From Chiloscyllium plagiosum (taxonomy: Eukaryota), in the NCBI RefSeq assembly GCF_004010195.1, contig NC_057719.1, forward strand, positions 59,348,164-59,412,163: a DNA stretch of 64,000 bases, in the 5' to 3' direction. Position 1 is the stretch's first letter. Every line of letters starts with the position of its first letter. Of this stretch, positions 52,654-64,000 are shown one piece after another. The position numbers and the translations under genes are program-made. The notes under the pieces were generated by a model that was given only the letters and a program-made list of their open reading frames with translations, had not been told where the DNA came from and made no database searches.

Positions 52654-52938
52654 TCATAAAAGCATGAATGTCATTTATCAATGGAAAAAATTCACTGTAG
52701 AAAAATAATGTACTTGGCTGCTTCAAAAATTATCAGGGGTCATTGAAATTTATAACAGAACCAAAATGATCCAAGTCATAAAGAGATGTATGCAGTTACA
52801 CAACACAAAGCCATTTTCAGTACAAGAAAAGTTTTTACTTTTTTTGGAAATGCTTACATGTGAGTTTTATATAGCCCATTTAAAGATGTTTAGTAAGAAT
52901 GCCTGTTTAATAAGTCGCACCAAATTTCATTTCACCTA

Positions 52939-53064
<126 letters not shown>

Positions 53065-53113
53065 TTAAAAATATTTATTTCAAATTCTGCTCTTTAAAAG
53101 CCATTATAAATTA

Positions 53114-53408
<295 letters not shown>

Positions 53409-54599
53409 TTAGCACTTTGTTGCTTTGCACCCTTTTTCTTGCAGGTGTCAGGCAGCTTTTAATTCAACAAAACAACAAGCAAGATAATCAGACGACTTCC
53501 ATTTAGCTCCACATTTATTTAATATTTTTGCCCAAAACTTAACTACTATTAGGAGATATTTTGTTTCATGTTTGCTGCAGTTTTCAAAGCAAAAGTTCCC
53601 AGTGTAATCAGTTTCCTGGCTGATATAGCTGCTTTAAAAGAAAAACCTTGATAATCTTCAGACATTTGTCAAGTTTTTCTTTTTTTGAAGAATAGCATTG
53701 CTAAAAGCCACGAATTATATTCCAACATTTAAGCAGAGTCAACAATCCAACTGCAATCAGATGAATTGCAATGCTCATTCACCAAGTTTCTAATTCAGTT
53801 CATTTTGTCACAGTTATGTTGGGACAAGATAACTAATTACAAGCTTTGGGACAAGTAAAGGCCTTCAAATAATAAAACTTCACTCAAGATAAAAATATGC
53901 AACACAATTCAACTGATAAATTCAAAACATCTTACTGCAAAAAATTGTACTTTTACATTAATGGCTTTTGATAAATCTTTAATTTGAGCATAGTTTTCAG
54001 TTAGAGGGGACAAAATAAATCCACAGATTAAAATTTTAAAAGCATTTTGAGTGACGCATAAAAAGCTACTTGGTAGACAGAGTATGTAGTTACACGAGGG
54101 GAAACTTGCATATGTTTATCATTTATAAAATTAAAAATTCTTTAGGAGAAGTCATCACAAAATGGGTACAGCAAAACTAGGGTTTTTCTAAACTAGACAT
54201 TTTCCTATGGTTTTTAAACAAGTTTATTGACTGCATGTACATTTCTTAGTTCAAGTATTCACTTTTGTTCAATTGTGCTTCACTTGAAGACTACGCTTGT
54301 TGTTGTCCCATAATACTGCACCAAGACTATAAACAATGTAACCTTGTATGACAATTAATGAGATAGTGGAGGCACTGGTCAAAATATTTCAGAACTAACT
54401 GAATTCTGGGAGTGTGCCGGTGGTCTAGAGAACTACTTAGATTACACCGCGCTCAAGAGGGGAAGGAGACAAAGAAAGTAATGAAGCCAGGTAAACGAAC
54501 ATTTGCCATTAAGAAAGTGCTAGCCCATTATTCAAAAAAATGCACATCCTGAAAAGCTGAACACAATCAAAGAGTTAACACTGCTTGTGAAATGGAAAT

Positions 54600-55720
54600 A
54601 ATTGACAAAAAGTTCGAATTTTTTGAGGAGATAACAAGCAGAGTTGATAAATGTGAATGAGAAGATGCAGTGCATTTGGATTTTTAGAAGGCATTCAATA
54701 AAGGTGCCGCAAAGATTTTGTGCAAGTTAGGAGCTCAACAGTATTAGGGGGTAACACATTAACCAATCCTCAATCCGTGCTAATACAGGAAAGACAATTG
54801 GGTTTAATGGGTCTGCTTTAGCTTGCAAAGATGTAACTAGTGGAGGATCACATAACAGTTAAGGGCGTCAATTATTTATTATTCATATGAATAATTTGGA
54901 GGGTGAGCAGAGCAAATATTAAAATTTGCTGACGATACAAATCAAATGGAAGGATATGTTACAATGAGGACATAAGGAATTTAAGGGATACAGATAGCTT
55001 GGGTGAGTGTGCAAGATCTTGGCAAATGGAGTTTAATGTAGGAAAGTGGCAGGTTTGTTGGGAACAATCAAAAGGTAGATGATGATTTAAATGAAGGTGT
55101 AGCACTGAGGGGTTTGGGCAAGGTGCATGAAATACAAAAAAGATCAGCATGCAGATGCAGCAGCTAATTAAGGTGGTAAATTGAACTTTTGTCTACATTG
55201 CTCGGGAGCCAGAGTTTAAAAATACAGAAGTTTTGTTACAATTCTGTGGGATGTTGGGGAGGCCACATCTGGAGGACTCTGTACAGTTTTGGTTGTTGCA
55301 TAAGGATGAACATTCTGGCACTGGAGGCATTTCAAAATAAATTCAATCAACTGATTCTTCGATGAAGGAGCTGGGCTATGAAGACAGCTGAAGTGTTTAG
55401 CTCTTTGTTCATAAGTTCTGAAGGAGGGTAACCTTATTGAAAGATACAAGATTACATTGAGAAGGTGCTTTCACTCGTGGAGGAATCTCAAAGTGGGAGA
55501 GATTTCTTGCCAGTGAATCATGAATATCTGAAATTATCTACACCAGATGGATGTGGAGGCCAGATCATTGAAAGTATTTAAAAAGTCAGTGCATTTTTGA
55601 ATTATTGAGGGCTATAATGAACTGACAAAGAGAAGTTGAGACCTGGAGCAGATCAGCCACGATCTTGTTGAATGATGTTGCAGGTTCAAGGGACCAAACA
55701 GCCTCCTCCAGCTCCTATTT
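54600..55720 (+). mobile_element. Old CR1 LINE RT/3' fragment
   Basis: EFFEEIT..VD....D.VHLDF.KAF.K, KFADDT, WQMEFNVGK, RPHLE and a CR1 tail. Confidence 0.8.
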
Positions 55721-57699
55721 ATGTTATCTCCGAAGACTAAATACTGCCCCCCAGTCACATATAACACATTGGGGAGAAAATGCAGGGACAAACCAATCAG
55801 GATTTAAAACCCACATGAACCTTGCTCCATATCAGAAACCGAATTCCATACACCCTAATATTTTTATGCAGTACCTTGTCTAAAGCTTTCCTAGTCCTTC
55901 ATGTTCCACATTTGCTATATTTTCCCATCAGCCATGTTTGCCAGCTCTTAATGCAACTCTCATCAGTTTTATCAAGTATAACTTTGTGTACTGAAATATG
56001 CATAAATTGCTTCTAACTAAATTTCCTTCGTATACATAGCTAATAATTTTGTCTTTAAGACACAATTTTTCCCTAACTGGACTGCGGTTATACAGATCCC
56101 CCACACCCATTTTCTGAAAGTGGTTTTATCATTCAGCACTCTTCAATCTAAATGAAACTTGTGAAATCTAAATGAAAATGTATTTTCATCAGTATTTCAT
56201 AAGCAATCACACAGGACTTCATGGCTGACTTCAGTTAGCTCATTTTTTTAAGTTTATTTTTTGAAATCTCCATTTTCTCATTGTAACTTGAAATCAGCTC
56301 ACAGTTTAACTCCTTGCCAGTATTATTCTTTGATTCAACCTCCTTGTTAAACATCAGCAATTTTCAAATTATACCACACACACTTTCTCCAGAGCTTCCC
56401 TTAAGAATTTTCTTACAATTTTGAAAAATATTCCGGATTCTATCTTTTCTCAATCAGATTACGAGACTATGCCCTTCCCTAAGTGATTGCTTGTTGGAAC
56501 GATTATATCAATTGTTTCATAGTTTGTTTGTAACTTCTTTACGTTGAGTGCTTAGTTCCTTCATTTAAATTCAATTCTTGATCTGTAGCTGTGTATTAAT
56601 TCCTCCTTCACCTCAGCCAACTCGTTCTGTCTTCATGAAATTAGGTCTACTAGAATCTGGCACTCTTGTCATTGTGGTATAATTTTCCTTTACTATTGGG
56701 ATTTATTTTGGGGATGCAGGGATGACTGTGAGAGTGGTAGTAAGGCACTCTCGAGAACTGCTATGGCCCCATATCATTACATATGTAATGACCAAGAACA
56801 GATAAAACAAATAAACAAGACTTCAAATTCTGACAGTAAAACAAATACTATTTAGTTGTTAACTTAAACTCAACTACAGAAAAGTCTTTCCTATTAATTT
56901 TTAACAAGAACAAAATATAATATCATGGTTATGCTTAATTTTGTTTCTTTAGTGGACATTTTCATTATCTTTAAAACCAGCCCAAAGCTCTATGGTTTTC
57001 AATGTCCTGAGTACATTTTCTTTTCCTAGTCAAGTAATTTCACGATAGAGGTAACACTGGAGAATATCCCCTCTAACATAAAAAAAGGTGTTGAAATCCT
57101 CACAGACTAATCGTGAGCTCCCACAAAGGTTTTGCACAAGAAATAACAAAGACAACATTTTCACTGTTTGAGATGCAGGCCTTTGTTTCTCTACTCCCCT
57201 TCCCAACCCAGAATCTTGATGACTGACCTGTCTTAAGAGGGTCACTACGATCTTAAGAAACTTCCATTACAATATCTCAATGGCTTTCTTTTGATTTTCT
57301 TTTCCTAAAGCTCATCCCCATGCCAATATGAATCACATGGGACTTGCATCCAAGTAGAAAACCAAACTGACAATCCTCTTGACCCCAAAATCATTTTGCA
57401 TCGGAGACAAGACATGCTTAATATCTCCCTGACAGACCTGGAGACTAACAGTCCACCAGCAGCCACAGTGATGCTCTTACCATTGTCTACAAGTGTGAAA
57501 ACTTGCATTCCTTTCTGGTAAAAGAACCGAGCTCCACCCCTCTTTAACAACCAAGTTATCCAAGATTACTGTCAGGCAGCATTCAGAATCAATCACATGA
57601 ACCCTTCATTGCTTCCTTTTATGCTAACAAAGAGACAATCCCAAAACAATCTTATTAACTTCACATTTACATAATTGTGGGGTAATAACGCACGAGATT

Positions 57700-58030
57700 A
57701 TGTCCTCCGGTCCTACATTCTCCCGCAAGGGAAACAACCTTTCTGCATCTCTACTGTCAAGTCCCCGAAGCAACTTGCAGGTCTCAATTTGATCTCCTCT
57801 CATTCTTCTGAAGTCTGAGGGAGTACAAGCCCAACCTACTTAACCTCTCCTCAAAGCTTTTCTGCCATACCTGGGTATCAACCTAGTGAACCTTCTCTGG
57901 ACCGTGTGCGGTGGCAGCATATCTTTCCTTAGTTAAGGAGCCTGAAATATGATCTGACTAGTACCTTGCATATTTTACTAAGAGTTCTTCATTTTTGTAC
58001 TCCATTCCTTTTGAAATCAAGGCCAACAGT
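57700..58030 (-). mobile_element. CR1 LINE fragment
   Basis: ggaaacaacctttctgcatct..gatctcctctcattcttct..caacctagtgaaccttctctgg are CR1 reverse-strand landmarks. Confidence 0.65.
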
Positions 58031-59129
58031 TTATCTGCTTTCCATTGAACCTGGATGTTAACTTAATGCAATTGTGGGAAATGGTCTGCAGAGAATCTGA
58101 GGAGAAGCAAATGCTGTTGAAGGCCAATCAGCAACGAATATTCTAATTTCTAACCTTACAGAGGAATGAGCATTGATGAAGCAGCTGAAAATGGATGGGT
58201 CAGGGACACTATCCTGAGGAAGGGCTTTTGTAATGCAATGGGAGTGTTCCTATATCTAGGCCAGGAGGCTTAGGTTCAAATCCCACCTACTCTGGGGTTG
58301 CAGCATAATATATCAGAACAGGTTGATTAGAAAATATCTATGCTGAGGAAAGCCTGCTGTGATATTGTGGAATTGAGGTGGTTGGCTTCCAACAAGCACA
58401 ATCATCACCTTTTGTTCTGGATCAGATTTGTCCTGATTCCCATAGAGTTAAATTATTCTGGGGTTTGCTGAGGTCACACGAGATGCATTTCAAGAGCAGT
58501 CACATTCACAATGGCTCTGAAACCCAGAACCGTTGTCCAAGTTTTAATTGTCATAAGGGTTGGCCCTAATAGAGTTTATCAGTATAAAAAACAAAGTACT
58601 AAAATCAAGAATTATTCTGATCCATCACAGTGATCTGCTGACAAATTTCTTGTTATATTTTCTTCCCAGCATTAGGAGCTGTGCAATGAAATATTATGAA
58701 TGTAATATTCATTTCAGTTGGTCTCTGACCATGGATATGAAGACATTCTACAACTCAAATGTACAGAAACAGGGTGCATATTACATGGTGAAACAAATGC
58801 ATTTCTGACCTACAATTTAACACTAATAATTTATCTTTAGATGTTAACATATGGAGTAACCTGACCTCAGTACAGTATGCAATGGGGAGTTGCGATTGTT
58901 GCATGATAAAGCTCACTTTCAAAAGAAGTGCACTCAGAGAGAGGTGGAAGGATATCATCATGTGGCTTGTCCCTAGATGGTAAACATACTTTGGCAAAAA
59001 TCAGATGAGTTACTTGTTGCAAAATAACAAAGTTCTGATCTGCAGTTGTAACTACGATGTCAATTGACAGTTTTAATCAACCTGTTCAGCTGTGTTGTTG
59101 ACTAGAGTGCTGGCCCAGATTGGACTTGA

Positions 59130-59575
59130 ATTCAGGTTGTCTAACCCAGAGGCAGGGACGTTACGCTTGCACCCCAAGAGTGCTCCCCATTTAAGTTTCT
59201 TGTTGACTTTGACATTGGAGAACTTAGTACTGATAATGTCAAGGAAGCCCACAAAGTAGGTGAAGACAGGGTTACGCTGCAACATACTCCAAACGGTTCG
59301 ACTCACTCTTGCTTGAAAAGATCATTGCCTGATATTCGTGCAGTGAGTGTTGTTCAAATCTTGCTGTATATGTTGACAGGCTGCATCAGTATCCAAGTGA
59401 CAGCACATGATGCTGAGCGTTGTGAAATGATCAGCAAATATTCCTCTTCTGACCTTCTAATGGAGGAGAGGATGCTAATGAAACAGCTGAAGATTTGTGC
59501 CTTACGCCCAACCAACCTGAAGAAATCATGCAATGTACTTGGACTGATATGACTGACTTCCAAAACACACAACGA
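59130..59575 (-). mobile_element. CR1/L2-group LINE remnant (a related fragment lies at 58130-58510)
   Basis: ORF 59354..59572 has IFSCFISILSSIRRS and the shared taatgaaacagctgaagat motif. Confidence 0.6.
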
Positions 59576-60198
59576 CCATTTTGGCCAGATTGATTTTTGT
59601 CAATACAAATTATCCATGCCTCCTTACTTTTGACTTTTTGTCCATTTCAGGACAAGAAACAAAGATGTCAAAATAACTGATTTAAAATTCAAGCATGGAA
59701 AATTACATTGCTCAATTATATTCAGAAAAGTGAAAGATAAGGCTTGTATCAAAGAAAGCAAAGACCTGGAGAACTATCCATAAACAAGAGTCTTCTTGTC
59801 ACAGTTAAATGCAAATAAAAGGAAACAAAAAAATTCAAATTAAACTAAGTTAAAAGAAAATAAGGCATGAGCGAGTAGAATAGCTAAAATATGACTATCA
59901 TGTGAAAACCAGACAACATGATGCACAAACCCCATTCACTACATAAAGTGATGTCCCTCCTTTATCAAACCCAGTTTTCCTGCCTTAAAAATTCCTTAAT
60001 TACAATACCAAGTGTATTTAGTTTGGAGTTAAAAATAAACCAAATCCACTGCAAAACCAAGTTAAAAGATTCTAACATTGTATCCATTCCTTTCAATTTT
60101 GAACAGGATTTCTGTATCCTCATGTCTTAGCCATTTATGAAATTGCCTTCTTCAAAATTCCAAACACTTTCTCAATTGAAAGAAAACTGGACTACTTA

Positions 60199-60348
<150 letters not shown>

Positions 60349-60441
60349 CTAAAATAGATTTCAAAAGTTAGATACTTATTTCCAACAGTAACAACTTCAT
60401 ATGGCACTATGTATGCATTCATGATCGAATTTTTAACTTAC

Positions 60442-60592
60442 TATGGCATTTGAAACTTGCAACATCTCTTCAAATAAAGAGTCTTCTTGTTTGTGTCGAC
60501 CACTGGTATCAACAATTATTATCTCAAAGTTTTCTTTTTTAAATTTCTCTACACCTTCTGCAGCTATGATCACTGGATCCATTTCTGTATAA
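60442..60592 (-). CDS. SRP54: SRP54 coding exon (151 bp): (S)[50 protein letters not shown]
   Basis: Lies within ORF 60433..60756. DTSGR (G3) motif. Acceptor ttattcag|T, donor ATA|gtaagt. Confidence 0.97.
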
Positions 60593-61269
60593 CTGAATAA
60601 AGAAAAGAAACCTTGGCTCATTTCTGATTTACTCTCTAATACTCCCTTTCCCTTGCCATGTACATTTTCATAATCCTTTTTTCTCCAAATGAACAAAAGC
60701 AAACTACAATCAGCATTAAGTCCACATCCTTCCCTGTAAGCATGAATCCCTTTCACATGCTAACACCCCATATATACCACATTTTCAACTTTCCACTTCA
60801 AGTTCAAGAAAATAGAACAACTGAATTTGAAGTTATTGAAAATAAGCATTTAATTTATCAGGACCGAGTGATTGGCAGAGGTTTTGAAGCTAATATGAGC
60901 TAGATGCTGTATTTCATTATGATTATAACCCAAGCACAGTAACTGAGAGACTTTAAAAAAAATACACCAAGCTCTAATTTCAGGAAACACTCTGAAGAAA
61001 GGTAAGAAATTGAAACAGTTATGTTTTAGTCTCCACAGATGTTTGTCCAATCTGATCAGTATTATGAGCACGTGCTTTTTATTTCAAAACAGAATTGGAG
61101 TTAATTTAGCTCATTCGACAAGATAGCAATGAATTTGGGGAACAAACCATTTGTCTGATTACAGCACATTTCTGTTGGGAGAATTATTCCTGGAATGACT
61201 CAGGAGTGAATGGCTATAAATTGAAAGACTTGGGTGTCCTCATATGCCAGTGGATGGAATAACAAGCAT

Positions 61270-61900
61270 GCATGTGAGGCAGACGGTCAAAAAAGGAAAT
61301 GGGATGTTAGCCTTTACAACAAGAGGATTGGAGTACAGGGATGTCTTGCTGCAGTTATATAGGACCTTCCTGAGACCACATCTGGAATACCGTGTGTAGT
61401 TTTGATCTCCTTATCTGAGGAAGGACGATTCTGCTGTTGAGGGAGTGCAGCAAAGTTTTACTAAACTAACTCCTTGGAAGTTAAGACCGACATATGAGGA
61501 AAGGTTGAATCAGTTAGGATTATGTTCACTTGAGCTCAGAAGAGTGAGGGATAACTCAGGAACTTACAAACTTCTAACAGTACTCAACAGGGTAGATGCA
61601 GGAACCATGTTCCCGATGATGGGGGAGTCCATAACCAGGGCTCACAGTCTAAGGATATACAAGTAAAACATTTAACACTGAGATGAAAAGGAATTTCTTC
61701 ACTCAGAATGGGTAATCCTATGGAATTCACTACTACAGAAAGCAGTGGAGAGCAAAAGTTATACAATTTCAATGAGTTGAATATAGCATTTGGGGCTAAA
61801 GGGATCAAAAATTATGGAAAGCAGAACCAGGCTGCTGAGTTGGATGAACAGCCGCAACCACAATGAACAGTAGGAGCAGGTTCGAAGGCTCCAATTTTCT
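61270..61900 (+). mobile_element. CR1 LINE 3' fragment
   Basis: LYRTFLRPHLEY.V, ORF 61445..61666 (YEERLNQLGLCSLELRR..GES.TR.HSL) and a CR1 tail. Confidence 0.85.
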
Positions 61901-62252
61901 CTACAGTATTTCTAAAGAAGCTGAAATAGATCTTCTCAGAGAGAACTTCATTGGAATCAATTAATTCCATGCACCCTTTGGTATGCATTAAAATCTGATT
62001 GTTTCTCATCTCTGGCCATGTCGGAAACATCCACATCCCATGGAAGAACAAAAACAGAAAAAAATCTCAAACCTTTACTGAGTTCAGTACAGCTGAAATT
62101 TTTCATAATGTTGTAGCAGCTGTCCAAAATCAGAATTGAACAAATATTGCCATTTTGAAAATTCCCTCGGTTGCAATTAATAGCAATCATAGGTACACAA
62201 GTTTACTTACTATTCAAATAACATGTTAAAATATTTTTGATTATAAATTCTA

Positions 62253-62354
<102 letters not shown>

Positions 62355-64000
62355 CTATCCTTGAAACTCAACTCTACTATTTTCCTGGATCGTAATGTTA
62401 AGTGGCATGTTGCAAAGCAGCAGTCAGATTCTAGATCATTTGAGGTGAGGATATTATTTGCATAAGTGGTCAGAAGAAAGTCTTCAAAAATTAAACACTT
62501 TATTTAGAAGTGCAATCAAAAAGTAACACTTCAGATTTACTGCAAAATCCGACCTTTAAAAGCAAACAATACTGTTGTCCAAACAAAATAAAAGGATCAT
62601 AATAAGATAGTTATCTGCAGAATTATATGACAGTGCGTAATCTAGAAACAAACACATTTAGATTACAAAATTGTTTTTGGGGGCAGGGGCAAGCTACTCA
62701 AAACCAGTGTCATTTTAAAATCATCATCATCATACCATGAGGTAAACTGAAAATGAACAGGAATGCCACTGCAACTTGTGTAAAGGCTCTTGTATCAAAC
62801 TAAGGAGTTGCCCATTTGAGGCAGAGAAAAAAGAATTATTGGCTCAGAGGATAGTGGATCTATGGACTTATTTACCATCGGTCTATTGAGGCTGGGTCAT
62901 GGTTCATATTCAAGGCTGAGATAAACAGATTATTACAATCATTAAGGGAAACATGCATTATCAGATTAGCCAGGATCTCACTGAATGATGGAATGATGTC
63001 TTAGGGTTTTAAAATGCTAATATCCGTACGGTGAATGAAATCCAAGAATAACTATTAAAAGAATTCCCATTTATCTATGCTTCTTCAGTTAAAACAATGC
63101 GCCACAAAACCACGAGCAAAATACTTCAGTCAATTGAAAACAGAAAGTTAGCTCTATGCAAGATTCACTCAATATATTAGTGCTTAATTTTAATTAAAGA
63201 ACATTAATCTGTACGTGACACAGGAAATAGTGAGCAGACATTCCCTTTTATCAAATCCTCAAACACAAGATGAGAATGAAGACAGATTAATTGCCCCAAT
63301 CACCAAGTACAATGACTGAAAGAACCAAGAGATTACCCCAATTTAATGTTTTCAACCAAATACAAGTCAGTATGAAGAAAGTTTTCTTTCAATAATCTAT
63401 AGGTTTCAAACCTTCAAAAGATCTACTGCAGCAGCCTCGATGATTCTACAAGAAGGGTGCACCATTGATAATAACGAAATTAAGGATGATATCCATGTGA
63501 GAAAAGAATTCAATGTTGCTAAAATTAGGAGTAGGCTAAGAAAAATTGGAAGTTTTAGAAACCAACAAATGATTAGTTTTAGAAATGAGAAATTGGTCTC
63601 TATTAGAAAACTGACAAGGAACATAAAAGTAACAGTAAAAGTTTCTTCTACGTTGGAAGAGACAAATGCAGGTAAGCACTAGTCCTGAGATTATGAAACT
63701 AGGGAATTAATAAAGACAGGGACTTTGAACAAGTATTTTGTAGCTGCCTGTAAAGTAGAAGACGGAAAAAAGGATTCCACAAATTATAGAAAATCAACAG
63801 AAGACAAGAGAGATCACAATTTGAAACAACCAGAATCATGAAGAAATATCATGGAAAAAAAATTAGCCTTAAGTGCTGACAAGTGAGAATCATTAAGGCT
63901 ACACAAGCTTCATTAAATCTACACTTGTCCCACGTTCCAGCACTCTGTCCACAGCCTTGAATGTTATGACATTTCAAGTGGTCATCCAAGTGTTTTTTTT

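Noticed and set aside
63406..63682. Overlapping 72/80-aa ORFs near the right edge as a possible further SRP54 exon
   Set aside because: No SRP54-like peptide on the minus strand. The preceding exon (expected ..CADTFRA) is not in the window.

Overview
Vertebrate, very probably shark (elasmobranch), genomic DNA. The evidence is HE1-type V-SINEs, CR1/HER1-type LINEs, Deu-domain SINEs and Penelope-like elements. Two intron-rich housekeeping genes lie in tandem on the minus strand. The first is the 3' part of SRP54: ten coding exons from 62311 down to the stop codon at 38263, including one GC-AG intron. The second is the 5' part of SEC23A: a CpG/GC-box promoter near 28.3-28.5 kb, a non-coding exon 1 with two candidate donors, and five coding exons down to 1504; the gene runs off the left edge. 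All coding exon boundaries were read directly and join in frame. The rest is mostly decayed transposons. The most notable are a three-level nest in SEC23A intron 5 (a Gmr1-like Gypsy containing a Penelope, which contains a second Penelope LTR and a SINE) with two target-site duplications that both start ACTTTA; minimal hammerhead-ribozyme motifs in the Penelope terminal repeats; a CR1 copy with a clean 5' inversion inside an RTE LINE that abuts the SEC23A promoter; and short insertions in a LINE that copy nearby intronic sequence. I found no intact novel protein-coding system. TE boundaries are approximate unless TSDs or TIRs are quoted.
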